Assembly (NCBI GenBank): GCA_965197585.1
Contig: OZ240215.1
Span: 3,264,001 to 3,328,000 of the forward strand
Origin: Dehalococcoidia bacterium
GTDB lineage: Bacteria; Chloroflexota; Dehalococcoidia; Plut-88900
Direction of reading: 5' to 3'
DNA length: 64,000 nt
Part shown: piece by piece, positions 30,254 through 40,802 of the stretch
How positions within the stretch are numbered: the first letter of the stretch is position 1
Layout of the letters: the number at the start of each line of letters is the position of its first letter
Program-made: the position numbers and the translations under genes
The notes under the pieces: generated by a model
What the model saw: only the letters and a program-made list of their open reading frames with translations
The model's database searches: none
Told to the model about the DNA's origin: nothing

Positions 30254-31081
30254 ATGTCCTTACCTGAATTCGACCTTAACGGAAAGACGGCCATCGTTAC
30301 TGGCGGGGGCCGAGGCCTCGGCAAGGGAATAGCGTTGGCCTTGGCGGAGGCAGGTGCGAACGTGGCCATAGCGGGCCGCACGGAGTCTAAGCTGGTGGAA
30401 ACGTCGGCAGAGATATTGGCCGCTGGGGGCCAGTGCCTGCCCGTCGTGACTGATGTCACCAGTGATGAGGATATAGTCTCGCTGATAGATCGCACGGTTG
30501 AGACCTTCGGAAAGATCGACATCCTGGTCAACAACGCAGGCGTGGCAATAGTCAAACCCCTCGTCCCGATACCCGGCTTCGCACCCAAGGCCGAAGGCCT
30601 GAGCCCCGAATTCTTCCTGCCTACAAGCGACGAGGAGTGGCGCTACGTCCTGGACTCCAACCTTACAAGCGCGTTCCGCTGTACCAGGGCCGCAGCCCCC
30701 CACATGCTGAAACAGAAGTGGGGCCGCATCATCAACATATCGTCAGTGGAAGGGTTGCGTGGAGTCCAGATGCACACGCTTTACTCCACCTCCAAGGCGG
30801 CGATGGAGGGATTGACCAAAAGCCTCGCTCTGGAATGGGCCAGGAGTGGTGTTACTGTAAACACCATCGCGCCGGGCGCCTTCCACACCGAGATGATGGC
30901 TCCCGAGTTCGAAAACGAAGATCTGCGCAAAAGGCTCTTGCGCACTATTCCAATGAGAAGGGGTGGGGAGGTGAGAGAGGTAGGACTCTTGGCCGTCTAC
31001 CTGGCCTCCGAGGCCGCAGCCTACATGACGGGCCAGACTATAGCCATCGACGGCGGGTGGACTAGCTCGATGGGACGCTAG
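30254..31081 (+). CDS. SDR family oxidoreductase
   Basis: TGGGRGLG, NNAG, YSTSK. Confidence 0.9.
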   Translation: MSLPEFDLNGKTAIVTGGGRGLGKGIALALAEAGANVAIAGRTESKLVETSAEILAAGGQCLPVVTDVTSDEDIVSLIDRTVETFGKIDILVNNAGVAIVKPLVPIPGFAPKAEGLSPEFFLPTSDEEWRYVLDSNLTSAFRCTRAAAPHMLKQKWGRIINISSVEGLRGVQMHTLYSTSKAAMEGLTKSLALEWARSGVTVNTIAPGAFHTEMMAPEFENEDLRKRLLRTIPMRRGGEVREVGLLAVYLASEAAAYMTGQTIAIDGGWTSSMGR

Positions 31082-31922
31082 CGCCGCTCTTCGAGGGGCT
31101 GAGGTTCGACATCGCGCCTTCCAGCACTTCGGCGAACTTCTTCTTGATCGACTCGTCTCTGAGTACCACCGGCGCAGACATGTCGCTGAAGGTCTTGTGA
31201 AGCTCGAACCTGCCGAGGAACTTGATCCCGAGTTTCTCGGAGATCGCTTCACCGGCCCCCTGCCCGAAGATTTCCCCCGACATGTTCTCCACCACGCCCA
31301 GAATGTTCACGTTCATCTTGCGGATCATGTTGATGGAACGCACTGCGTCGACAAAAGAGAGGTCCTGAGGGGTGGTAACGACTACGAAGCCGTCCAGCTT
31401 TAGGACCTGCATGATGGTCAGAGGGGCGTCGGACGTGCCGGGAGGAAGGTCCACAACGAGATAGTCGAGGTCGCCCCACGCCGTCAGTTCCAGGAACTGG
31501 TTGATGGCATTGTGGATCATGGGGCCGCGCCAGATGATCGCTTCCAGTTCATTCTTCTGGAAAAACCCCATGGACATCACCTTCACACCGTGCTTCTCGG
31601 GGGGGATGATCTTCCCGTCGTCGTCGGAGGAGGGGCCCGAGTGCATGTGGAGCATTCGGATGACGTTGGGGCAATCGATGTCGGCATCCAGCAGGCCGAC
31701 CGAGTGGCCCTGCTGCGCCAGGAGCACGGCGAGGTTGACGGCGATAGTGGTCTTACCCACTCCGCCCTTGCCGCTGTAGACGGCTATTTTGGTCTTTATC
31801 TTGCCTAAGTTATCCCCGACCTTGCGCCTCTGTTCCCAGTTGCGCTTCATCGCGGCAATACGTGCCTTGTCCTGTTCGGTCATGGACTTCTTGCCGACGA
31901 TGGGCTGGATCTGCTCAGGCAT
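31062..31922 (-). CDS. Mrp/NBP35 (ApbC) Fe-S carrier ATPase
   Basis: SGKGGVGKTT, DADIDCP, IWRGPM, DLPPGTSD, VENMS. Confidence 0.92.
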   Translation of the reverse strand: MPEQIQPIVGKKSMTEQDKARIAAMKRNWEQRRKVGDNLGKIKTKIAVYSGKGGVGKTTIAVNLAVLLAQQGHSVGLLDADIDCPNVIRMLHMHSGPSSDDDGKIIPPEKHGVKVMSMGFFQKNELEAIIWRGPMIHNAINQFLELTAWGDLDYLVVDLPPGTSDAPLTIMQVLKLDGFVVVTTPQDLSFVDAVRSINMIRKMNVNILGVVENMSGEIFGQGAGEAISEKLGIKFLGRFELHKTFSDMSAPVVLRDESIKKKFAEVLEGAMSNLSPSKSGASVPSS

Positions 31923-31927
31923 GAGCC

Positions 31928-32236
31928 TTATTCCCAGCCGAGGGCCCGCTTGCCCTCTTCGGTAATCAGGTCGGGGGTCCAGGGCGGGTCCCAGACGATG
32001 TCGACGTACGCGTTCTCTACGCCGGGTATGGACTCCACGGCCTCCGTGCACACCCCACCAATGCTCCCGGCCATGGGGCAGCCCTGGGCTGTGAGGGACA
32101 TGGTGACCTTGACCTCGCTGTCGCTGATGTCGACGTCGTAGATCAGGCCCAGGTCCACAATGTTAATCATCGGGATCTCGGGGTCATAGATGTCGCTGAG
32201 GGCTTCAAGAACGTCGTTCTCGGTTATGGTAGCCAT
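31928..32236 (-). CDS. DUF59/SufT-like metal-sulfur cluster assembly factor
   Basis: DPEIPMINIVDLGL, TAQGCP, VWDPPWTP. Confidence 0.92.
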   Translation of the reverse strand: MATITENDVLEALSDIYDPEIPMINIVDLGLIYDVDISDSEVKVTMSLTAQGCPMAGSIGGVCTEAVESIPGVENAYVDIVWDPPWTPDLITEEGKRALGWE

Positions 32237-32279
32237 ATCTCCTCCATTGGGGTCGTACAGGCAATTATAGCCTAATCGA

Positions 32280-33086
32280 CTACCCCTTCAAAGGCGGACC
32301 AATTTTGTGCGCCTGGAACCTCAGCCTTCGGTAGTCGACCACCCACCTGACGCCGTCGAAGAGCGTGGGCCTCAACTCCTCCTCCACTGTGGCGAGAACG
32401 GCGTTCTCAATATCATAGTCCAGACCGGCCAGGAACTCCGAACAGAACATCCGAATCCACTCCCTCAGCCCCTCCTCCCCCTCCTTCAGGGGCGTAGGTC
32501 TGCTGAAGTGGTTGGCGAAGGACACTTCGAGGCCCCGCTGCTCCAGCAATGCAGAGTATTGCCCGATGGTCGGGAAATACCAGGGGTCTACCTCAGCCCG
32601 CGGGTGCCCGAGCCTAGCTGTAAGGGCCCGTCGGAGGGCGGATACGACACTCTCGATGTTCCCCCTCCCCCCCATCTCCGCTACGATCCTGCCGCCGGGC
32701 TTAAGGCAACCGGCAATCGAGTCCAGGACCTGCTCAGCCTCCTTGATCCAGTGGAGGGCGGCGTTGGAAAACACGGCGTTGAACCCTTCGGAGAAATGGA
32801 AGTCTCTGGCGTCGGCGTGATGAAAGGCGAGGTCCGGGAAGTTCGCCTTGGCGATGCGCACCATGTCCGGGGAGTTGTCGATCCCGACCACCTCAGACCC
32901 CGCCCGCGCTATCTCCGCCGCCAGATGCCCCGTTCCACACCCCAAGTCCAGGACGCGCTCTCCCGGCTGTGGGTCCAGCATCTCAACCAGGCTGGTGCCA
33001 TACTGCCAGATGTAGGAGTGGCTCTGTTGGTATTCGGGCGCGTCCCAGGCCTTGGCAGTGGGATGCCCTTCGCCGGATGATGCCAT
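32280..33086 (-). CDS. Class I SAM-dependent methyltransferase
   Basis: VLDLGCGTG, FSNAALHW, EMGGRGN, DYRRLR. Confidence 0.9.
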   Translation of the reverse strand: MASSGEGHPTAKAWDAPEYQQSHSYIWQYGTSLVEMLDPQPGERVLDLGCGTGHLAAEIARAGSEVVGIDNSPDMVRIAKANFPDLAFHHADARDFHFSEGFNAVFSNAALHWIKEAEQVLDSIAGCLKPGGRIVAEMGGRGNIESVVSALRRALTARLGHPRAEVDPWYFPTIGQYSALLEQRGLEVSFANHFSRPTPLKEGEEGLREWIRMFCSEFLAGLDYDIENAVLATVEEELRPTLFDGVRWVVDYRRLRFQAHKIGPPLKG

Positions 33087-33116
33087 TGGAGGTCGGTGGG
33101 TCGACCCTTATGGGGC

Positions 33117-34184
33117 CTACCTGATGTCCTCGAAGACCATCTCGTCGTAGGGCGAGCCTTCTTCCCGGAGAGCGGTAAGAGTCGACTGCACCCGACGGCC
33201 CATGGTCCTGCCCAGCATGTGAATGAATCCAAACATGCCATTCATCACTTCTGCGGATGAAGATGAACCTTCGAAGAGGCGTCGGCGAGTTATTCGCAGA
33301 ACGTGCCGGTCGGGTTCCGGGGAAGTGAGCTCCGACTCATCGCCTGACATGTCCGACAGATACTTGGTGAAAAGGGCCAGACTGCCCGAGTCCCGTCCCT
33401 CGATGCCCAATTCCGCCAGAAGTTCCTTGCCGTACTGGAGTGCAACACCCTCGTAGGCTCGCTTGACCAGGTGCGCGGTGACCGGAGTGCCGATTACCTG
33501 CTGCAACCCGACCACCGCCTCCTCTATATAGCCCCTGCCGAAGTTTCGCAGGGCCTTGGAGCGGCGCTCGTCGGGCCAGACTTCAGGATCGAGCTTGGGG
33601 GCCCGTTCGGGATCATATTCGGGCATGGTCGAGTTGGGGTCGAACTGGAAGCGCTCTTCGTCCGTCAGGTCGTGGTCATACTCGTAGAAATAGCCTTCTG
33701 CGTAGGGCTCCCCGTCTCCAAAGGCCTTGGAGAGCACAAACCCGAGCCTGGGGTTGTTCAGACGCACGCCGTTGTACGGGTGCCAGCCGGCAAATATGGC
33801 GCGGCCCATGCGGGGAGGAATCGCCAGCCACGCGAGGCCCGCAGGCCCAAAAGGAGCGTTATATCGGATCCACGCCTTCTTCGGCGACTCCACAAACATC
33901 TCCATGTCTATCCCACCGAGCGCATTGGAGAAATAGTGATACTTGGCGGCTACTACGGCCCCAGGCTCCCTCTCCGGGTCTACGCCCAGCTTTTCAAGAC
34001 CCTGGAGGAAATATTCCTTCTGGTGGTTGTGCAGGACCGTCTCACGCCATTGGACTACGGTGTCGTCGCCCTGCTGGGAGTAGAGGATAGTCGTGATGGC
34101 GCCACCCCAGAGGCCGTATAGCTTGGAGATGAATTCGGCCTGCTTTTGAAGTGGCCACTCAGACGGGTTGGACTCGGGACTCAT
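33117..34184 (-). CDS. Hypothetical protein
   Basis: 355 aa ORF with SD; AKYHYFSN...ESPKKAWIRY...GWHPYNG look conserved but are not assignable. Confidence 0.75.
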   Translation of the reverse strand: MSPESNPSEWPLQKQAEFISKLYGLWGGAITTILYSQQGDDTVVQWRETVLHNHQKEYFLQGLEKLGVDPEREPGAVVAAKYHYFSNALGGIDMEMFVESPKKAWIRYNAPFGPAGLAWLAIPPRMGRAIFAGWHPYNGVRLNNPRLGFVLSKAFGDGEPYAEGYFYEYDHDLTDEERFQFDPNSTMPEYDPERAPKLDPEVWPDERRSKALRNFGRGYIEEAVVGLQQVIGTPVTAHLVKRAYEGVALQYGKELLAELGIEGRDSGSLALFTKYLSDMSGDESELTSPEPDRHVLRITRRRLFEGSSSSAEVMNGMFGFIHMLGRTMGRRVQSTLTALREEGSPYDEMVFEDIR

Positions 34185-34215
34185 ATAGATTGCCTCCTTG
34201 CGAATTTAGAACGGA

Positions 34216-36285
34216 TTATTTTCGGGGGCGCTTGGCCCGCTTGGCTTTGAAGGAACGTGTGCGGATACCCTCTTCGACCTTGGCATCCTCATCCAGTACC
34301 AGGGCTTTTCTCAGATCGAGAACCTGGTCCCGGAGAGCCGCGGCCTTTTCGAACTCCAGGTTACGGGCGGCCACTTTCATATGGGTCTCCAGCTCTTTGA
34401 CCAGACGCAGAAGCTCGCCCCGAGGCACTTCCTTGTTGATTGTGTACGTCGCTCGCTCCTCGGCGATAGCCTTGACGCGGTCGGTGATGTCCTTGATCTC
34501 CTTCTTTATGCCCTGGGGCTCAATGTTGTGCTCCTGGTTGTAGGCTGTCTGGATCTCCCGGCGGCGATAGGTCTCGTCGATTGCCTTCTGCATGGAATCG
34601 GTAACCCTGTCGGCGTACATTATGGCCCGGCCTTCAATGTGGCGCGCCGCCCGACCCATTGTCTGTACTAGCGCCCCCCAGGAGCGGAGATACCCCTCCT
34701 TGTCGGCGTCCAGGATGGCGACCAGGCTGACTTCGGGGAGGTCCAGGCCCTCGCGGAGCAGGTTGATTCCTACCACTACGTCGTATATGCCGAGCCGCAA
34801 GTCCCGGAGAATCTCGCTCCTCTGAAAAGTGTCGACTTCCGAGTGGAGGTAGTGGGTCTTGACGCCCATCTCAAGCAGGTAGTCGGCTAGCTCCTCGGCC
34901 ATGCGCTTGGTGAGGGTTGTGACCAGGACCCGCTCCTCCCGTGCGACGCGGGTCTTGATCTGGTGAATCAGGTCGTCTATCTGTCCTTCAGTGGGCTTAA
35001 TCTCAATTGTCGGGTCCACGAGGCCCGTGGGCCTGATGACCTGCTCTACGAACTGGCTGCTGTGTTCGTATTCATAGGGGCCGGGGGTCGCCGAGACGCA
35101 GATCATCTGGTTAATGTGCCGCTCGAACTCCGCAAAGTTGAGTGGTCGGTTGTCCAGCGCCGAGGGCAGACGGAACCCGAAGTCTACCAGCGTCTGCTTC
35201 CGGGCAATGTCTCCGTGGAACATGCCCCGGATCTGAGGGAGAGTCATGTGTGACTCGTCTATCAACATAAGGAAATCATCAGGGAAATAGTCGAGCAGTG
35301 TCCACGGCGTGCTGCCGGGTGCCCGCCGAGCCAGGGGCCGGGAGTAGTTCTCGATGCCGGAGCAATAGCCGGCCTCTCTGAGCATTTCCAGGTCGTAGTG
35401 GGTGCGCTGTTCGAGTCGGGCTGCCTCCAGGGGCCGGTCCTGGGACTTAAACCAGTCCACCTGGGCCTGGAGCTCTTCTTCGATGTCGCCGAAGGCTGCG
35501 TTAAGCTTTTCGGTGGAGGTGACGAAGTGCTTGGCCGGGTAGATGTCCACCCACTCCCTCGCCCCGAGAATCTCACCCGTCAGCGGGTCCACCTCCACGA
35601 TGCGCTCGATCTCGTCTCCCCAGAACTCTATTCGGATTGCTATCTCTTCGTAGGCCGGCTGGATTTCCAGGGTGTCGCCCCGGATGCGGAAGCGACCCCG
35701 GGTGAAGTCCATGTCGTTGCGCTCGTACTGCATGTCTACCAGGTGCCGCACCAGCTTGTTCCGGTTTCGCGTCTCGCCCTTGTGGATGTTGACGACGAAG
35801 GAGTGATATTCCGCCGGATCACCGAGACCGTATATGCAGGAAACCGAGGCCACTATCAGCACGTCCCGCCGGCTGAGCAACGACCTCGTGGCCGCATGCC
35901 TCAGCTTGTCGATCTCTTCGTTAATGTCTGCGTCTTTTTCTATGTAGAGGTCGTTACGGGGTATGTAGGCCTCTGGCTGGTAGTAGTCATAGTAGCTGAC
36001 GAAGTATTCGACCGGGTTGTCGGCGAAATACTCCTTGAACTCGGTGGCCAGCTGTGCCGCAAGGGTCTTGTTGGGGGCCATTACCAACGTAGGCCGCTGG
36101 ACCCGCTCCACAATGTTGGCCATGGTGAAGGTCTTGCCGCTGCCCGTCACTCCGAGCAAAGTCTGCGTCTTCATCCCCGACTCAAGCCCCGCGACAAGCT
36201 GGTCCACCGCGTGGGGCTGATCGCCCATCATGCGGAAGTCGGAGGTGATTTTGAACCTGTTTTCTACGGCTGTTGTGGTAGTCAA
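34216..36285 (-). CDS. uvrB: Excinuclease ABC subunit B
   Basis: [45 protein letters not shown] domain. Confidence 0.98.
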   Translation of the reverse strand: MTTTTAVENRFKITSDFRMMGDQPHAVDQLVAGLESGMKTQTLLGVTGSGKTFTMANIVERVQRPTLVMAPNKTLAAQLATEFKEYFADNPVEYFVSYYDYYQPEAYIPRNDLYIEKDADINEEIDKLRHAATRSLLSRRDVLIVASVSCIYGLGDPAEYHSFVVNIHKGETRNRNKLVRHLVDMQYERNDMDFTRGRFRIRGDTLEIQPAYEEIAIRIEFWGDEIERIVEVDPLTGEILGAREWVDIYPAKHFVTSTEKLNAAFGDIEEELQAQVDWFKSQDRPLEAARLEQRTHYDLEMLREAGYCSGIENYSRPLARRAPGSTPWTLLDYFPDDFLMLIDESHMTLPQIRGMFHGDIARKQTLVDFGFRLPSALDNRPLNFAEFERHINQMICVSATPGPYEYEHSSQFVEQVIRPTGLVDPTIEIKPTEGQIDDLIHQIKTRVAREERVLVTTLTKRMAEELADYLLEMGVKTHYLHSEVDTFQRSEILRDLRLGIYDVVVGINLLREGLDLPEVSLVAILDADKEGYLRSWGALVQTMGRAARHIEGRAIMYADRVTDSMQKAIDETYRRREIQTAYNQEHNIEPQGIKKEIKDITDRVKAIAEERATYTINKEVPRGELLRLVKELETHMKVAARNLEFEKAAALRDQVLDLRKALVLDEDAKVEEGIRTRSFKAKRAKRPRK

Positions 36286-36340
36286 GGCGCGGTCATTCTA
36301 GGCGGTTCAGTCAGCGAATGTAAAGGTGAAGGCAGGGGCC

Positions 36341-37654
36341 CTACGCGAAGATGCCCGGTATGCCTTCCGGGGGCCGGGTCCCGATTGCCCCCTCAGCTTC
36401 CAGCGAGTCCGCATAGCTGGGTTCGACTCCGGCCAGCTCTTCAAGCACGTAGCGGTTATGCTCACCCATGAGAGGCGCAGATCTGATAAGCGTTCCGGGA
36501 GTCTTGGAGAGAAGGACCGGCGCTCCTGAGAATGGCATAGTTCCCGAGGCGGCATGTGGGGTGTCCCAGAAATATCCCCGCTTGTTGAGCTGCTCGTCCT
36601 CCACAACGTCCTGGTTCGTGTAGACCGCCGCCGCCGTGACCCCGGCCCCCTGGAGCCGGTGCATCAGGTCTTTGTAGTCCTCGTTCGCGGTCCATTCCGA
36701 GATATGTATGTCAATGTCGTCTTGGTGCTGCCACCGGCTTAGCTGGTCCTGGAACCGAGGGTCGGAACTCCAGTCAGGGTTCCCGGCAACCTCACACAGT
36801 GCGCCCCACTCTTCGTCGTTCGTTACCGCTATGGTTACCCAGTTGTCTTCGCCCTTGCACCTGTAAGCGTTGTGCGGAGCGTAGTAGGCGTGGTGATTCC
36901 CCATCCTGACTGGATGTTCCCCGGTTAGCTGATAACCGAGCAGCGCTTCCCCGATCAGGCTGGCTGCCGCTTCGTTCTGCGACAGGTCTATGAACTGCCC
37001 CTTGCCCGAGCGTCGCCGGTAGTACAGTGCCGTTAGAATAGCGGCAACCGCGTTTACGCCGGCGTTGGGGTCGGGATACGCTTCCCCGGACTTGTAAGGG
37101 ACAGGGCCCGGGTACCCCATCATGTTTGCATACCCCGCGGTCGGCTCAATGTTTGTACCGTAGCTAACGTGGTTGCGATGCGGGCCCGTGGCCCCGAATC
37201 CCGGCATCGTGACAAATATGATCGCCGGATTGAGCGGGCGTATCGAAGGATAGTCCAAGCCAAAGTTTCGCATCACTCTGGCGCTGTAGTTCTCCATTAC
37301 GACGTCAGCAATGGGTATAAGTCTCTTGGCCAGCTCACGGCAATCGTCGCGGGAAAGGTCCAGCGTGAGGCTCTTCTTGTTTCGATGATATTCGTTAAAA
37401 ATGCCGTATCGATTGTAGGGTTGGTCTCCGGGATCATTGTCAGGGTAAACGGAATGAGCAACCTTAGCGTAGTCCTTTGGGTCTTCCGGCGTCGGGACCT
37501 CTGCCGCCCCCCGACCGTATAACGACTCGATCTTGATTACCTCAGCCCCGAGGTCTGCTAGGAATCTCGCCCCGATCGGCCCCGACCACCCACTTGTGAA
37601 GTCCAGCACCCGGAGCCCTTCTAATGCACGCCCTTTATCTGCGGGATAGCTCAT
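36341..37654 (-). CDS. CaiB/BaiF family III CoA transferase
   Basis: LEGLRVLD, LGAEVIKIE, RNKKSLTLDL, ENY, GFGATGP. Confidence 0.92.
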   Translation of the reverse strand: MSYPADKGRALEGLRVLDFTSGWSGPIGARFLADLGAEVIKIESLYGRGAAEVPTPEDPKDYAKVAHSVYPDNDPGDQPYNRYGIFNEYHRNKKSLTLDLSRDDCRELAKRLIPIADVVMENYSARVMRNFGLDYPSIRPLNPAIIFVTMPGFGATGPHRNHVSYGTNIEPTAGYANMMGYPGPVPYKSGEAYPDPNAGVNAVAAILTALYYRRRSGKGQFIDLSQNEAAASLIGEALLGYQLTGEHPVRMGNHHAYYAPHNAYRCKGEDNWVTIAVTNDEEWGALCEVAGNPDWSSDPRFQDQLSRWQHQDDIDIHISEWTANEDYKDLMHRLQGAGVTAAAVYTNQDVVEDEQLNKRGYFWDTPHAASGTMPFSGAPVLLSKTPGTLIRSAPLMGEHNRYVLEELAGVEPSYADSLEAEGAIGTRPPEGIPGIFA

Positions 37655-37660
37655 AAGCCC

Positions 37661-38863
37661 TCAAATGATGTTGCGCTCTCGGAGGCGGACCAGTTCCTCT
37701 TTGCTTAATCCCATGTCACCACAGTAGACGTCCTCGTTGTGCTCACCCAGCAGCGGAGCCCGAGTAACTTGCCAGGGCGTCTCGTCCATCTTGAACGGGG
37801 CGCCGGCGTACAGTTGCCGACCCGCCAACGGGTGTTCCAGTGCGACCCAGTAGTCACGGGCACTCAACTGCACGTCCTCAAATAACCGCCCGAATGTGGG
37901 CACGTACGTGACTGGAATGCGGAGACTTTGACCTACGTCAACCACCTCGTCCATGGTGTGTTGCATAAGCCAGGCTTCCAAGATTTCGTTGTATTCCTCT
38001 TTATGGTCCCAACGCTGGTCCGCGGTGGAGAAGCGGGGATCGCCGATAAGGTCGGGCCGCTCCATTAGAAGGAAAAGGTTCTCGCTGTGATGGGGCATTA
38101 CGCTGCTTATGGACACCCACCCGTCCTTGCACGGGTACATGGTCAGCGGATGCCCCCCGACTGGATAGTCGTTCCCAGCTCGAATGTTCTTGGCTTGAAC
38201 ATGGGTCCAGGTCGTGATGGAGAACTCGTGGTAGTAGGCCATCGCCTCCATAGCGGACACGTCGACGTGCTGGCCTTGGCCGCTCGAATCACGCCAGTAA
38301 AGAGCGGACATCACCGCGTCGAAAGCGTGTATGCCTGCCGTGTATTCAGGCTGAAATCCTGCCCCGACCAACGGCTCTCGGTCTGCCTCACCCGTCTGGT
38401 GCATCTGCCCGGTGAGTGCATAGCCCACCATGGAGTTGCCCTTGTAGTTCTTGTACGGGCCGGTCTGACCGAAATACGAGATGGAAGCCAGCACGACTCC
38501 CGGGTTGATCGACTCCAGCACCTCGTAGCCGATTCCCTTGTCCTCCATTGTGCCCGGAGTGTAAGTCTCCACGACAACGTCAACGGACGGTATCAGTGTC
38601 TTGAGCGTCTCTGTGCCTGAAGTAGTGCCTAGATTTAGAGTTATGCTCTTTTTGTTCGTGTTCAGGTAAAGATATGTGGCGCTGGTTTCGGGATCTGGAA
38701 GATGGTCCAGAAATGGGCCCATCCTGCGGGAGATGTCCCCGCCTGCCGGGTCCTCGACCTTTATGACCTCCGCCCCCATGCAGCCGAAAAGCTTGGTGCA
38801 GTATCCCCCAGCGACACCCTCGCTCAGGTCCAGGACGCGAAGGCCTTCCAGGGCTCTGTCCAT
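37661..38863 (-). CDS. CaiB/BaiF family III CoA transferase
   Basis: LEGLRVLD, GAEVIKVE, NTNKKSITL, FGQTGP, GQGQHVDVS. Confidence 0.92.
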   Translation of the reverse strand: MDRALEGLRVLDLSEGVAGGYCTKLFGCMGAEVIKVEDPAGGDISRRMGPFLDHLPDPETSATYLYLNTNKKSITLNLGTTSGTETLKTLIPSVDVVVETYTPGTMEDKGIGYEVLESINPGVVLASISYFGQTGPYKNYKGNSMVGYALTGQMHQTGEADREPLVGAGFQPEYTAGIHAFDAVMSALYWRDSSGQGQHVDVSAMEAMAYYHEFSITTWTHVQAKNIRAGNDYPVGGHPLTMYPCKDGWVSISSVMPHHSENLFLLMERPDLIGDPRFSTADQRWDHKEEYNEILEAWLMQHTMDEVVDVGQSLRIPVTYVPTFGRLFEDVQLSARDYWVALEHPLAGRQLYAGAPFKMDETPWQVTRAPLLGEHNEDVYCGDMGLSKEELVRLRERNII

Positions 38864-39333
38864 CAGTTCGCGCTTCCCGCTGCAGCGGGAATGCTCGCCT
38901 TCCCTACTATGACTTTTTCGCCAAGCTGGTTTTCGATCCAGGTGTCGAAATAGATGCGGTCGTCGGACTCGCCGTCTTTGGACTCTCGGACGATGGCTCG
39001 GATTTCGAGTGTATCGTCACCGCATACCATGTTCGTAAATGTCACCGACAGGAGGCCACCCTTGTCCCAACTCTCGCCTAGTTTGTCGTGGAATAGGGAC
39101 CAAATGTAGGGCATGGTCTGAACCCCAGCCGCAACTACGCCTCGAAAGCCGTATGACTGCGCCGTCTCCTCGTCGTTGTGTATGTTCTTCTTGTCCGTGG
39201 GCCGCCCCCCGACCTCCGTGCCCCGGTTCGTGTAGAAGAGCACTTCCTCTTTTGAGAGGATGCGGGTCACCGGCGGCAGTTCCATGCCGGGTGTGAAGTC
39301 TCTCGGATCGGTCCCTTGGCTGTTGATAGACAT
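38863..39333 (-). CDS. MaoC-like hot-dog fold dehydratase
   Basis: NIHNDEETAQSYGFRGVVAAG motif. Confidence 0.8.
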   Translation of the reverse strand: MSINSQGTDPRDFTPGMELPPVTRILSKEEVLFYTNRGTEVGGRPTDKKNIHNDEETAQSYGFRGVVAAGVQTMPYIWSLFHDKLGESWDKGGLLSVTFTNMVCGDDTLEIRAIVRESKDGESDDRIYFDTWIENQLGEKVIVGKASIPAAAGSAN

Positions 39334-39340
39334 GTTTAAC

Positions 39341-39736
39341 CTACAGATCTATAAGCAAGACGTTCTTGCTCTCGACTATTTTATTCCCGTCCTCGTCAAT
39401 CGTTTCCGATTCGATGATCAGGAAGTCCCGGCCCCTTCGGTTGTATTTGTCGCTGAACCTGCCCGTCACGGTCATCTGCTTACCGACCCTCGGCGGATTG
39501 AGATAGTGGTGCTCCGCCTTGGCATGAACCGCCTCTTTGGTAGTGAAATCTGAGATCCACAGAGGAACGTAGTCGCTGTCGGTAACGCAGGCCGGGGCTA
39601 TTTCATTGCCCGACGCATCTGTTTCAAGCGAGTCCTGGCCGATATTGCGCGCCGCAAAACGGGCCGCTTCCCGGGTGAGTACGTAGGTGTGAGGACGGCA
39701 TGTTTCGCCCACCTGGGCTTCTTCGAGGGGTCTCAT
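39341..39736 (-). CDS. Hot-dog fold (MaoC-like) partner subunit
   Basis: VHAKAEHHYLNPPRVG...KYNRRGRDF; start MRPLEE, since the longer ORF would run through the tRNA. Confidence 0.7.
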   Translation of the reverse strand: MRPLEEAQVGETCRPHTYVLTREAARFAARNIGQDSLETDASGNEIAPACVTDSDYVPLWISDFTTKEAVHAKAEHHYLNPPRVGKQMTVTGRFSDKYNRRGRDFLIIESETIDEDGNKIVESKNVLLIDL

Positions 39737-39885
39737 GTTATAGCGGTGCGCCCTTCTCAAGTTGCATATCTGGAGGCCGGGCCAAATGCTAGCATCGCGG
39801 TGATGGTGCGTCAACGGGTGACTAGGGCCTGGATAGCGGGTTCGGGTTATAATCTCACCGGCCGCGCATAGGCAGCGGCCAAAGG

Positions 39886-39959
39886 TGCCGAGTGGTGTAG
39901 TGGTAGCACACGGGACTTTGAATCCCTTAGCCCAGGTTCGAGTCCTGGCTCGGCAGCCA
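39886..39959 (+). tRNA. tRNA-Gln(TTG)
   Basis: Acceptor TGCCGAG/CTCGGCA, anticodon loop CTTTGAA, T-arm CCAGG-TTCGAGT-CCTGG, encoded CCA; TATAAT upstream. Confidence 0.95.
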
Positions 39960-39971
39960 ATTGGTGCATAA

Positions 39972-40445
39972 CTAGGGTGTACCATTGCCATGTATTTCGG
40001 ATGCGCATTCCTGTTGGTGGGGTACTGATGTCCAAGGATTTATCACATCTATTCCACATCCTCTAAACCCACTCTCATCCCTGGTAGCAATTGATGCACC
40101 TGCGGACCGGGCTATAGCTGCGATCTGGCAGTCCGCTTGGCTTATCGGGAGTCCGGCGGCACGGCGGACGGATGCGATAAGGGCGTAGGTCCGAGCGGCC
40201 TCACTGTCAAAGGGAAGAATGCGATCTGCGAAGTCCCATTTGAACATCCCGTCAATTTGGACAAGCAACCTCTCTTGGCGGGTACCGGTTGGCAGGATTG
40301 CAATGCCATAACGCAATTCAGCTTCACTGATAGCCGTAACGTAAAGGCTGTCCGCAGGTTGACCAGCGACCCATGCGATCACCTGAGCGCTGGGTGTTGG
40401 ACGGATGATCTCCGAGATTACATTAGTATCAAGGATGATCATCAC
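39972..40445 (-). CDS. VapC/FitB PIN-domain toxin
   Basis: ILDTNVISE, ISEAEL, ADCQIAAIA, ATRD, INPW. Confidence 0.93.
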   Translation of the reverse strand: MMIILDTNVISEIIRPTPSAQVIAWVAGQPADSLYVTAISEAELRYGIAILPTGTRQERLLVQIDGMFKWDFADRILPFDSEAARTYALIASVRRAAGLPISQADCQIAAIARSAGASIATRDESGFRGCGIDVINPWTSVPHQQECASEIHGNGTP

Positions 40446-40452
40446 GGTGACG

Positions 40453-40704
40453 TCAGTCGAACCTTGGGGGTTCTCGCATTGCTTCCCTAGGCGGTATTTC
40501 TAGTTCGACTCCACCAAGAGGCTCGAATCGAGCCCGTATGGCCGCAGCTAGATTCTTAGGTAAAGGAGAGTCTGCGGTAAGGCCGGTTCGTAAGATGTTT
40601 CGGGCTTCCTGCTCCATGGAATTGCCGTTTTCGGCGGCCCTAATTCGAAGCCGTCGTTTTACGTCTTCGTCCAAGTTCCGGATCGTAATGCTGGCCACCA
40701 CCAC
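40453..40704 (-). CDS. FitA/VapB-like ribbon-helix-helix antitoxin
   Basis: ASITIRNLDEDVKRRLRIRAAENGNSMEQEAR. Confidence 0.92.
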   Translation of the reverse strand: MVVASITIRNLDEDVKRRLRIRAAENGNSMEQEARNILRTGLTADSPLPKNLAAAIRARFEPLGGVELEIPPREAMREPPRFD

Positions 40705-40732
40705 GCCTTCTTTCTAAGAGGATCGGTTGTAT

Positions 40733-40761
40733 AGTAGCATGATTGCATTGCAATCACTACT
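40733..40761. promoter_or_regulatory. Palindromic operator upstream of the TA operon
   Basis: AGTAG-CA-TGATTGCA-T-TGCAATCA-CTACT overlapping a minus-strand TACTAT -10. Confidence 0.7.
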
Positions 40762-40802
40762 GCTGGGTTAAAGTCAGCGTCTGGAGCCAGAGTGATCAGG
40801 AA

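Noticed and set aside
35398-36471. 357 aa ORF antisense to uvrB
   Set aside because: Shadow ORF without recognisable motifs
39737-39991. N-terminal extension of the 216 aa ORF 39341-39991, and ORF 44326-44637
   Set aside because: Both read antisense through tRNA genes; spurious
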